Shown here: one piece after another, positions 1 to 7,388 of the stretch
How the letters are laid out: every line of letters starts with the position of its first letter
Numbering within the stretch: the stretch's first letter is position 1
NCBI GenBank assembly: GCA_041496385.1
Contig: JBGQEL010000134.1
Coordinates: 1 to 11,098 of the forward strand
Length of the DNA: 11,098 bases
Direction: 5' to 3'
DNA from: Candidatus Methylomirabilia bacterium
GTDB taxonomy: Bacteria; Methylomirabilota; Methylomirabilia; Rokubacteriales; CSP1-6
Program-made: the position numbers and the translations under genes
The notes under the pieces: model-generated
What the model was told of the DNA's origin: nothing
Seen by the model: only the letters and a program-made list of their open reading frames with translations
Databases searched by the model: none

Positions 1-1
1 C

Positions 2-1672
2 ACGACGGCCCTCGGCCTGCCGCCCCACAAGATCCGCGTCGTCGCGCCCGACCTCGGCGGCGGCTTCGGCACGAAGGCCTCGGGCTACCCCGAGGACGCG
101 CTCGTTCCGATCGCCGCCGTCGTGCTGAATCGCCCCGTGAAATGGATCGAGGACCGGCGCGAGCACATGTCGGGGTCGGCGCACGCGCGCCATCAGATCC
201 ACGCGATCTCGCTCGCCGCGACGCGCGACGGAACGATCGTCGGGCTGCGCGACCGAATCTGGCTCGATCTGGGCGCCTACAACGTCTGGGGCATCGTGCT
301 GCCGTACAACACCGTCGCGCACCTCATCGGTCCGCATCGGATCAAGCACATGCGCGTCGACGTTCAGGGCGTCGTCACGACCAAGACGCCGAACGCGCCC
401 TACCGAGGCGCCGGGCGGCCCGAGACGGTCTTCGCGATGGACCGCGCCGTGGACTGCCTGGCGCGCGAGCTCCGGATGGACCCCGCGGAGATCCGCCGCC
501 GAAACTACATCCGTCCCGACGAGCTGCCCTACGACTTCGGCATGCCGTACCGCGACGGCAACCCGCTCGTCTACGACACGGGCGACTTTCCCCGGGCGCT
601 CGAGCAGGCGCTCGAGGCCGCGGGCTACACGGAATTCCGGCGCGCGCAGCCGGCGCTTCGCGCGCGCGGCGTCTACCGGGGCATCGGGATCTCGGGCTAC
701 GTCGAGGGCACGGCGATCGGCCCCTTCGAGGGGGCGACGGTGAAGCTGGATCTCCAGGCCCACGTCGTCGTCGCGACCGGCGCGGTCAACTCCGGACAGG
801 GCCACGAGACGAGCTTCGCGCAGGTCGCGGCGGACGCGCTCGGGGTGCCCCTCGAGTGGGTGACGGTGACCGGCGGCGACACCGCCGCCGTGCCCTTCGG
901 GGTCGGCACCTTCGCGAGCCGGAGCGCGGTGACGGCGGGAAACTCCATCGCCGACGCGTGCCGCGAGGTGCGCCGCAAGCTCGTCAACGCGGCGGCGCGC
1001 CTGCTCGAGGCCGCGCCCGAGGACGTCGAGATCGACGATGGGCGCGCGTTCGTCCGGGGCTCGGTGGCGGGCGCCGTGGACCTCGCGCGCGTCGTCCAGG
1101 CGTCGATCCCGACCTTCGCCAGACCCGGCGTCGCCCCGCCCGACTTCGAGGCGAGCGCCTATCACCACGTGCCGACGGTGACCTACGCGAGCGCCGTGCA
1201 CGTCGCCCAGGTGGAGGTCGATACGGCGACGGGTGGCGTGACGCTGCTCCGCTACGTCGTCGCCCACGACTGCGGCCGGCTGATCAACCCCGTCATCGTG
1301 GACGGCCAGGTTCACGGCGGCGTCGCCCAGGGCATCGGCGGCGCGCTCTTCGAGGATATGGTCTACGACGAGCAGGGCCAGCTCCTCGCGGGCTCCCTGA
1401 TGGACTACGCGATCCCGAAGGCGGATGACCTGCCGCTGATCGAGACCGTGCATCTGGAGTTCCCGTCGCCGCGCAACCCGCTCGGCGTCAAGGGGATGGG
1501 CGAGGGGGGCGCCATCTCGCCGCCCGCGGCGATCGCGAACGCCGTCGAGGACGCGCTGGCCCCCTTCGGCGTGCGCGTCACCGAGACGCCCCTGACGCCG
1601 GCGCGGATCCGGGCGCTCCTCGCGGCGCGATCGCGTCCTTTGCCCGGGCGAACCGCAGCTTGTAGCGCGTGA
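2..1672 (+). CDS. Xanthine dehydrogenase family molybdopterin-binding large subunit (CoxL/form-II-like), 5' end outside the window
   Basis: The frame is open from base 2 (TTALGLPPHKIRVVAPDLGGGFGTK...) and joins ORF 122..1672. Moco-binding motifs of the xanthine oxidase family are present: GGGFGxK, PYRGAGRPE, SGQGHETSFAQ, GTFASRS, DCG..INP..VDGQVHGGVAQGIG and GVKGMGE (catalytic Glu). Substrate cannot be determined. Confidence 0.93.
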   Translation, partial: TTALGLPPHKIRVVAPDLGGGFGTKASGYPEDALVPIAAVVLNRPVKWIEDRREHMSGSAHARHQIHAISLAATRDGTIVGLRDRIWLDLGAYNVWGIVLPYNTVAHLIGPHRIKHMRVDVQGVVTTKTPNAPYRGAGRPETVFAMDRAVDCLARELRMDPAEIRRRNYIRPDELPYDFGMPYRDGNPLVYDTGDFPRALEQALEAAGYTEFRRAQPALRARGVYRGIGISGYVEGTAIGPFEGATVKLDLQAHVVVATGAVNSGQGHETSFAQVAADALGVPLEWVTVTGGDTAAVPFGVGTFASRSAVTAGNSIADACREVRRKLVNAAARLLEAAPEDVEIDDGRAFVRGSVAGAVDLARVVQASIPTFARPGVAPPDFEASAYHHVPTVTYASAVHVAQVEVDTATGGVTLLRYVVAHDCGRLINPVIVDGQVHGGVAQGIGGALFEDMVYDEQGQLLAGSLMDYAIPKADDLPLIETVHLEFPSPRNPLGVKGMGEGGAISPPAAIANAVEDALAPFGVRVTETPLTPARIRALLAARSRPLPGRTAACSA

Positions 1673-2294
1673 TCCAGAGCGCGATCAGCGGCGTGCCGAT
1701 CACCGTCGGCCAGAGCCAGCGCGCGGCCGTCGGCAGCAACGCGAAGTTCACGACGGAGAACGCGGTCACCGTCGCGATGTACGAGCCCAGCATTCCACCC
1801 ATGTGACTGAACCACCAGGCATTCCGGTCGGCGGGCGGCCGCACGAACTTCACGAGGTCGCCGCCCGCGAGGATCATGCCGATGACGCCGAAAACGACCG
1901 GAACGATGCCGACACGCTCCCAGGCCGGCCCGGGCCGGACGAGGCCGAGCACCACCAGGGCCGCGCTCGCCGTGAACGTCGTGACGGCCGCCGTCCAGTC
2001 GAGTCCCCTCGCGCGCTCGCCGCGCTCCGGGCGCTTGCGGAAGAGCACGCGATAGCCCGAGAAGGCCGAGTAGAAGCTGAAGACAGCCACGAGGGCGAGG
2101 AAGACGATGGGGCGCCACACGGCGAGGACGACCGCCGTCAGCGCGACGCCCGCCATCGACCAGAAGTAGACCTTGCCCCAGCGGCGGTGGGTCCGGCCGC
2201 CCTTCACGGTGAGCGTCGCGATCGGCGCCACGAGGAGCGCGATCGTTCCCGCGGCGATGTGCAGGACGCGGACGGCGGCGATCAGCGTGTCCAT
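1578..2294 (-). CDS. DUF2306-like integral membrane protein (about 7 TM, 238 aa)
   Basis: C-terminal part of ORF 1578..2837. ATG at 2294 is preceded by GGAGG (GGGAGGTCGCC-ATG). Several hydrophobic segments, with the pattern LHIAAG...KGGRTHRRWGKVY...WWFSHMGGM that I recognise as DUF2306-like. The family assignment is by recognition, not by search. Confidence 0.8.
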   Translation of the reverse strand: MDTLIAAVRVLHIAAGTIALLVAPIATLTVKGGRTHRRWGKVYFWSMAGVALTAVVLAVWRPIVFLALVAVFSFYSAFSGYRVLFRKRPERGERARGLDWTAAVTTFTASAALVVLGLVRPGPAWERVGIVPVVFGVIGMILAGGDLVKFVRPPADRNAWWFSHMGGMLGSYIATVTAFSVVNFALLPTAARWLWPTVIGTPLIALWITRYKLRFARAKDAIAPRGAPGSAPASGASR

Positions 2295-2308
2295 GGCGAC
2301 CTCCCTAC

Positions 2309-2896
2309 TTACTGGCTGCGCGCCCGGCGCGCCGGGCGTGCGCCCAGGCGCTTGAGGGTGGCGAGCGTCTCCTCGCACCACGCGAGCGTCGCCCGGCAGC
2401 GCCGCTGTCCGTAGTGGAGCGTGATGAGCGAGAAGGCGAGCTGCGGATGCCCCGCCATCTCCTTGCGGAGCCGCCCCTCGATCCCCACGTAGGTGTCGAG
2501 GAGCTCCCGCTGGCGGGCCCGGCAGTGCTCGACCTGGGCGACGCTGTCGGATACGGGCCCGGCGCCACCCAGGAAGAGCTTCAGAAGCAGCTCGCTGCGG
2601 GAGGGCTCGGGCCGGGCGGGGATGGCGAGCCACCGCTCGAGCTCGGCCCGCCCCTTCGTCGTCAGCGAGTACACGTGCCGGGCGGGCTTGCCCGGCTGCA
2701 TTTCCTGCCGCCGCGCGGCGAGACCCTCGTCCGCGAGCCGGTTCAGGATCGGGTAGATCTGCCCGTAGCTCTCGCTCCAGAAATGGGCGATGGAGCGCTC
2801 GATGAGCTTCTTGACGTCGTAGCCCGACATGGGGCACATGCTCAGGACCCCGAGAATGGCGTGACGGCTCGTGTTCGCCCGTCGGCCCGAGGTCAC
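2309..2896 (-). CDS. PadR family transcriptional regulator with AphA-like C-terminal helical domain (195 aa)
   Basis: C-terminal part of ORF 2309..3334. The PadR wHTH signature is AILGVL..PMSGYDVKK..I.HFWSESYGQIYPILNRL..EG...RHVYSLTTKGRAELERWL, followed by ELLLKLF...LHYG...LAWCEE. The probable GTG start at 2896 overlaps the upstream TGA (GTGA). Confidence 0.92.
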   Translation of the reverse strand: MTSGRRANTSRHAILGVLSMCPMSGYDVKKLIERSIAHFWSESYGQIYPILNRLADEGLAARRQEMQPGKPARHVYSLTTKGRAELERWLAIPARPEPSRSELLLKLFLGGAGPVSDSVAQVEHCRARQRELLDTYVGIEGRLRKEMAGHPQLAFSLITLHYGQRRCRATLAWCEETLATLKRLGARPARRARSQ

Positions 2897-3306
2897 TTCG
2901 CCCTCAGCAACCCGGTGCCGAGGCTGACCACGCTCAGCGCCAGGACCGCCGCGCCGGCATGGATCAGGTAGATCGCACGGCCGGGTTCGGCGGCGGCGGG
3001 CGCCAGGACGGAGAGGAAGAAGCCGGCCGAGATGAGGATGCCCGACAGGGGGACGCCGATCCTGACGAGCCACTGCCACGGGCGCGCCAGGCGCGCGGCA
3101 TCCACGAACACCTGGCAGACCAGGGAGAGGATCGTCAGGACTCCCGCGTGCGCATGCCCGGCCCTGAAGAAGTTCTGGCGCAGCGCGTTCGTCATGTATC
3201 CGGAGTCGCGATCGATCAGCGCGGTCAGCAGGAAGTAGCCGCCGAACTGGATCGTCGGGACGAGGATCAGGATCAGGCCCGCCATCACCCGCGTCGCGTG
3301 ACTCAT
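2893..3306 (-). CDS. Uncharacterised 4-TM membrane protein with FFRAGHAHAGV motif (137 aa)
   Basis: Within ORF 2893..3378. ATG at 3306 is preceded by a strong SD (GAGAGGAGGTTCGGC-ATG). Four hydrophobic stretches. The stop codon overlaps the padR start. Confidence 0.85.
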   Translation of the reverse strand: MSHATRVMAGLILILVPTIQFGGYFLLTALIDRDSGYMTNALRQNFFRAGHAHAGVLTILSLVCQVFVDAARLARPWQWLVRIGVPLSGILISAGFFLSVLAPAAAEPGRAIYLIHAGAAVLALSVVSLGTGLLRAK

Positions 3307-3341
3307 GCCGAACCTCCTCTCGGTCGTGGTCCACACTGCCA

Positions 3342-3366
3342 GATATGTATCTGGAAGATACATATC
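3342..3366. promoter_or_regulatory. Perfect inverted repeat GATATGTATCT-GGA-AGATACATATC, probable operator of the adjacent PadR regulator
   Basis: The 11-bp arms (3342-3352 and 3356-3366) are exact reverse complements. They form an AT-rich island in GC-rich DNA, contain ATGT...ACAT half-sites and overlap the predicted -10. Confidence 0.8.
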
Positions 3367-3383
3367 GGCCGGAGTCATGTCAA
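3355..3383 (-). promoter_or_regulatory. Sigma70-type promoter for the membrane protein-padR-DUF2306 unit
   Basis: The minus strand reads TTGACA (3383-3378), a 17-nt spacer, then TATCTT (3360-3355). This is a perfect -35, optimal spacing and a TAnnnT -10, about 50 nt upstream of the ATG at 3306. Confidence 0.8.
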
Positions 3384-3403
3384 GAGGCGGGGGGGAGGCG
3401 CGA

Positions 3404-4048
3404 TCAGTCGTTCCGCTCGAGGACGAACAGCTCGCCCTGGCGCCACACGCCCGCGAACGTGCGGCGGTGGACCGGGCAAGGGCCGTGGCGGTCGAGCGCG
3501 GCGAGGTGCTCGGCGGTGGCGTAACCCTTGTGGCGCGCGAAGCCGTACGCCGGGAACACCGCGTCCAGCTCGCGCATGATCCGGTCGCGCGTGACCTTCG
3601 CGACGATCGACGCGGCGGCGACGGAGGCGCACCGCCGGTCGCCGGCGACGAGGTTCCGCTGGGGGCAGGGCAGCGCGGGCAGCGTCACGAAATCGGTGAT
3701 GACGAGGTCGGGGACGACGGCCAGCGCCGCGAGCGCCTCGGCCATCGCGCGGCGCGTGGCCTGGAGGATGTTGATGCGATCGATCGTCTCGTGGTCCACC
3801 ACGCCGACGCCGACGGCGAGCGCCCGCTCGTGGATCACGGCGAATAGCTCCTCGCGCCGCTCGGGCGCGAGGAGCTTCGAGTCGGCGACCCCGGCGATGC
3901 GCCGGTCGGGCGCGATGATCACCGCCGCGGCCACGACCGGGCCCGCCAGGGGCCCGCGCCCCGCCTCGTCGATTCCCGCGAGGCGCCCGAGGCCGCCACG
4001 CCAGGCCCGGGCTTCGTAGCGGTACGGCGCCGAGGGGGGCGGCGTCAC
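3404..4048 (-). CDS. rnhB: Ribonuclease HII
   Basis: Motifs AGIDEAGRGPLAGPVVAAAV, DSK, IDRINILQAT, SVAAASIVAKVTRD, HKGY and HRRTF. The position after rplS is typical. The GTG start is uncertain (no clear SD). Confidence 0.96.
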   Translation of the reverse strand: MTPPPSAPYRYEARAWRGGLGRLAGIDEAGRGPLAGPVVAAAVIIAPDRRIAGVADSKLLAPERREELFAVIHERALAVGVGVVDHETIDRINILQATRRAMAEALAALAVVPDLVITDFVTLPALPCPQRNLVAGDRRCASVAAASIVAKVTRDRIMRELDAVFPAYGFARHKGYATAEHLAALDRHGPCPVHRRTFAGVWRQGELFVLERND

Positions 4049-4065
4049 GCCGGCGGACGCGGGCG

Positions 4066-4440
4066 CTACTCTTTCTCTTCGGTGGCGGGGATGACGACCG
4101 CGCGCTTCTCCTTGAGCCGGGCGGCCTTGCCCGCCAGGCCACGGAGGTAGTAAAGCTTCGAGCGCCGTACGCGGCCCTGGCGCGCCACCTCGACCTTCTC
4201 GATGCGCGGCGAGTGGAGCGGGAAGGTGCGCTCGACGCCCACGCCGTAGGAGATGCGCCGGACCGTGAACGAGGCGCGCCCGCCCTCGCCGCGCTTGCGG
4301 ATGACGATCCCCTCGAAGATCTGCGTGCGTTCCTTCTCGCCCTCGACGACCTTCACGTGCACGCGCACCGTGTCGCCGGGGCCGAATCCCCCGCGATCCT
4401 TCCTGAGCTGCGCGGCCTCGACCAGCCGAATCGCGTCCAT
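4066..4440 (-). CDS. rplS: 50S ribosomal protein L19
   Basis: Motifs [45 protein letters not shown] and [13 protein letters not shown] at 4440 has AAAGGA upstream. Confidence 0.98.
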   Translation of the reverse strand: MDAIRLVEAAQLRKDRGGFGPGDTVRVHVKVVEGEKERTQIFEGIVIRKRGEGGRASFTVRRISYGVGVERTFPLHSPRIEKVEVARQGRVRRSKLYYLRGLAGKAARLKEKRAVVIPATEEKE

Positions 4441-4457
4441 GACCCGTGTTCCTTTCT

Positions 4458-5213
4458 CTAGTGCGCGGAGGGCTCGAATTGCTCGGGCGTCTCTCCGCGC
4501 TTGAATCGCTCCACGATCGTCCACTCCTCGGGCGTGAGCCCCGCGCGCTCCAGGAGCTCCGGCCGCGTCCGCCACGTCCGCCACAGCGCCTGCACCCGGC
4601 GCCAGCGCGCGATCCGCGCGTGGTCGCCCGACAGCAGCACGGCCGGGACCCGCGCGCCCCGGAACTCCTCGGGCCGCGTGTACTGGGGCGGCTCGAGCAG
4701 CCCGCTCGCGAAGCTCTCGCGCTCGGCGGCGCCCTCGGCCCCGAGCACCCCCGGCAGCAGCCGCGTGACGGCGTCGGCCACGACGAGCGCGGCCAGCTCG
4801 CCGCCCGTCAGCACGTAGTCGCCGATCGAGATCGCGTCGTCGGCGAGCAGCTCGCTCACGCGCTCGTCCACGCCCTCGTAGCGGCCGGCCAGCAGGAGCA
4901 CGTGCGGCTCGCGCGCGAGCTCCGCCGCGACCCGCTGCGTGAACGCCCGCCCCCGCGGATCCATCAGGACCACGCGCGCCCCCGGCGTGCGGAGCGCCTC
5001 GACCGCGGCGAACAGCGGCTCCGGCTTCAGCACCATGCCGCCGCCGCCGCCGAATTGATAGTCGTCGGTCACCCGGTGGCGGCCCTCCGCGTAGTCTCGG
5101 AGATCGACGACCCGGATGTCAACGAGCCCCCGGGCGCGCGCCCGTCCGAGCATGGACGCGGCGAGCACCGGCTCCACCATGCCCGGGAACAGCGTCACGA
5201 CGTCGATCCGCAT
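4458..5213 (-). CDS. trmD: tRNA (guanine37-N1)-methyltransferase TrmD
   Basis: Starts [10 protein letters not shown] (ATG at 5213). Motifs [42 protein letters not shown] and [11 protein letters not shown]. Confidence 0.97.
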   Translation of the reverse strand: MRIDVVTLFPGMVEPVLAASMLGRARARGLVDIRVVDLRDYAEGRHRVTDDYQFGGGGGMVLKPEPLFAAVEALRTPGARVVLMDPRGRAFTQRVAAELAREPHVLLLAGRYEGVDERVSELLADDAISIGDYVLTGGELAALVVADAVTRLLPGVLGAEGAAERESFASGLLEPPQYTRPEEFRGARVPAVLLSGDHARIARWRRVQALWRTWRTRPELLERAGLTPEEWTIVERFKRGETPEQFEPSAH

Positions 5214-5227
5214 GCGGCGCCGCCGCG

Positions 5228-5746
5228 CTACAGCTCCAGGAGTCCCTCGGGCGGCCGGATGACGACCCGGCGCGCGGCGAGGTCCACCTCGATCACGATC
5301 TCCGGGACCGCGGGGATCAGGTGCTCCCGCGCGCCGTCCTTGACCACCCAGAGGTCGTGGCCGGGCGAGCGCTCGAGACCGGTCACCTCGCCCACCTGAC
5401 GTCCGTCCTCGGTGAGCACGCGGCAGCCCTCGAGCTGCCACGGGTAGAAGCGTCCCGGCCCGGGCGGCAGGGCCGCGTCGGCGGGCAGCGCCACGAGCCG
5501 GCCCACCAGCGCCTTCGCATCCTCCACCGACGTGCACCCCGCCAACGAGACCAGCACGGCGGCGCCGTGCCGCCGCGCCGCGGTGATCCGCCGCGTCTCG
5601 CGCCGATCGCGCGCCGCGTCCCAGAGCACGCACTCCCGCACGCGCTCGAAGCGCTCCGGATCGTCGGTGAGGGGCGTCACGCGCACCTCCCCGGCGAGGC
5701 CGTGGGCCCGCGCGATCTCGCCGATGACCACGAGGCGCTCCGGCAC
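5228..5746 (-). CDS. rimM: Ribosome maturation factor RimM
   Basis: GTG at 5746 has an AGGAGG SD. Motifs [28 protein letters not shown], a PRC-barrel C-terminus HLIPAV..VIEVD and PPEGLLEL. It lies between rpsP and trmD. Confidence 0.95.
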   Translation of the reverse strand: MPERLVVIGEIARAHGLAGEVRVTPLTDDPERFERVRECVLWDAARDRRETRRITAARRHGAAVLVSLAGCTSVEDAKALVGRLVALPADAALPPGPGRFYPWQLEGCRVLTEDGRQVGEVTGLERSPGHDLWVVKDGAREHLIPAVPEIVIEVDLAARRVVIRPPEGLLEL

Positions 5747-5754
5747 GCCGCCTC

Positions 5755-6003
5755 CTACTTCTTCGGCTCCTTGGTGTTCTGGATCAGCCGCCGCACCGTG
5801 TTCGAGGGCTGGGCGCCCTTGGCGATCCACGCGTCCACCTTCGCGCGGTCGATGGACACGGTCGGAGGCTCCGTGAGCGGGTTGTAGTGCCCGAGAATCT
5901 CGATGAAGCGCCCGTCGCGCGGCGCGCGCTTGTCGGCCACTACCACGCGATACCGCGGCCGCTTGGTCGTTCCTGTCCGTCTCAGTCGAATCGAAACCGC
6001 CAC
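5755..6003 (-). CDS. rpsP: 30S ribosomal protein S16
   Basis: [11 protein letters not shown]...[27 protein letters not shown]...[13 protein letters not shown] start with GAGGGG upstream. Confidence 0.98.
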   Translation of the reverse strand: MAVSIRLRRTGTTKRPRYRVVVADKRAPRDGRFIEILGHYNPLTEPPTVSIDRAKVDAWIAKGAQPSNTVRRLIQNTKEPKK

Positions 6004-6007
6004 GTCG

Positions 6008-7357
6008 TCACCCCCTCAGCGTAGGAAACCCTGGAAGATTCTTCATGCGGGGAAGCTTCCCCTCCATGCCCTTGAACTGCTTCATCAGCTTGCGGAGCTG
6101 CGCGTACTGCTTGAGCAGCCGGTTCACGTCCTGGACGCTCGTGCCGCTGCCCCGCGCGATGCGCTGGCGCCGGCCCCCGTTGATGATCTCGGGGCTCTGG
6201 CGCTCGCCCGGCGTCATGGACGAGATGATCGCGTCGAACCGGCCGAGGTCGGCCGACTCGCCGGCGACGTCCTTCGGCGCGCCCTTGAACATCTTGCCGA
6301 AGGGGAGCATGCCGAGGACCTGGTCGAGCGGTCCCATCTGGCGCACCTGCTTGAGCTGCTCGCGGAAGTCCTCGAGCGTGAACGCGTCCGCGCGCAGCTT
6401 CCGGACGAGCTCCTCCGCGGTCTTCTGGTCGACGTTGGCCTGCGCCTTCTCGACGAGCGTCAGGACGTCGCCCATGCCGAGGATCCGCGACGCGAGACGG
6501 TCGGGATGGAACGGCTCGAGCGCGTCCGTCTTCTCCCCGGTGCCGACGAAGGCGATGGGCCGTCCGGTCACCTGGCGCACCGACAGCGCGGCGCCGCCGC
6601 GGGAGTCGCCGTCGAGCTTCGTCAGCACGACCGCGTCGATGCCGACCGCCTGGTTGAAACGTTCGGCGACCGTCACGGCGTCCTGGCCGGTCATCGCGTC
6701 GACCACGAGCAGCACGTGGTGGGGCCCCACCTCGCGCCGGATCGCCTTGAGCTCCTCGAGCATCACCTCGTCGATGTGGAGCCGCCCCGCGGTGTCGAGG
6801 ATGAGCGGCGTGAGCCCGCGCGCCGCCGCTTCCTCGCGCGCCTGCCGGCAGATCTCGAGCGGCGACTGGCCCGCGGCGCCGACCACCGGGATACCGAGCT
6901 GGGCGCCGAGCGTTCTGAGCTGATCCTGCGCAGCGGGCCGGTAGGTATCCGCCGCGGCGAGGAGCGGGTGCTGCCCCTGCTTGGTGTACGTGCGCGCGAG
7001 CTTGGCCGCCGTCGTGGTCTTGCCCGAGCCCTGGAGGCCGATCAGCATGATGACCGTTGGCGGGTGGGCCGCCGGCGCCAGCCGGTGGCCGGACCCGCCC
7101 AGGAGCTCCACCAGCTCGTCGTGGACGACCTTCACGACCTGCTGCGCCGGCGTGAGCGAGGTGAGGACGTCCTGGCCGACCGCCTTGGCCTTCACGCGGT
7201 CGACGAACGTCTTGACCACCTTGAAGTTGACGTCGGCTTCCAGGAGCGCGACGCGCACTTCCCGGAGCGCCTCCTGGATGTTCTCCTCCGACAGTCGGCC
7301 GCGGCCGCCGAGCTTGTCGAAGATGGTTTGCAGTCTCGCGCTCAGAGTGTCGAGCAT
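6008..7357 (-). CDS. ffh: Signal recognition particle protein Ffh
   Basis: N domain ALLEADV; SRP GTPase motifs [22 protein letters not shown] and [15 protein letters not shown] domain FTLEDF..QL and [10 protein letters not shown]. Confidence 0.98.
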   Translation of the reverse strand: MLDTLSARLQTIFDKLGGRGRLSEENIQEALREVRVALLEADVNFKVVKTFVDRVKAKAVGQDVLTSLTPAQQVVKVVHDELVELLGGSGHRLAPAAHPPTVIMLIGLQGSGKTTTAAKLARTYTKQGQHPLLAAADTYRPAAQDQLRTLGAQLGIPVVGAAGQSPLEICRQAREEAAARGLTPLILDTAGRLHIDEVMLEELKAIRREVGPHHVLLVVDAMTGQDAVTVAERFNQAVGIDAVVLTKLDGDSRGGAALSVRQVTGRPIAFVGTGEKTDALEPFHPDRLASRILGMGDVLTLVEKAQANVDQKTAEELVRKLRADAFTLEDFREQLKQVRQMGPLDQVLGMLPFGKMFKGAPKDVAGESADLGRFDAIISSMTPGERQSPEIINGGRRQRIARGSGTSVQDVNRLLKQYAQLRKLMKQFKGMEGKLPRMKNLPGFPTLRG

Positions 7358-7388
7358 GGGAAGGTTAACCTTACGGTATCATGGGGGC
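7358..7388. promoter_or_regulatory. Compact divergent promoter region between ffh and the secreted protein gene, with 12-bp palindrome AAGGTTAACCTT (7361-7372)
   Basis: The gap is 31 bp and comparatively AT-rich. On the + strand, TATCAT (7377-7382) lies 6 nt before ATG 7389. On the - strand, the TAnnnT candidates TAAGGT and TAACCT lie upstream of the ffh ATG. Confidence 0.55.

Noticed and set aside
142..1428. 428-aa alternate-frame ORF within the molybdoenzyme gene
   Set aside because: Arg-rich off-frame translation of a well-supported CDS.
2309..2896. Four cysteines in the PadR protein as a possible redox switch
   Set aside because: They are scattered with no CxxC-type motif, and their conservation cannot be judged from this sequence alone.
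2295..3334. Long N-terminal extensions of the DUF2306-like ORF (to 2837) and the PadR ORF (to 3334), suggesting fusions or frameshifting
   Set aside because: The extensions are off-frame reads of the upstream genes. Each gene has its own SD or a GTGA coupling, and I saw no slippery site.
3342..3366. Palindrome considered as a CRISPR repeat, IS end or intrinsic terminator
   Set aside because: Single copy, with no cas or transposase gene nearby and no U-tract. The overlap with the promoter favours an operator.
3307..3378. Upstream ATG extension (MTPADMYLPD...) of the 4-TM protein
   Set aside because: It runs through the predicted promoter and operator. The ATG at 3306 has a strong AGGAGG SD.
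3384..3400. G7 run flanked by a GAGGCG direct repeat just upstream of the -35
   Set aside because: Too short to support phase variation, a target-site duplication or a G-quadruplex in such GC-rich DNA, and it lies outside the -35/-10 spacer.
4446..5399. 317-aa + strand ORF antisense to trmD and rimM
   Set aside because: Antisense shadow of conserved genes with no independent support.
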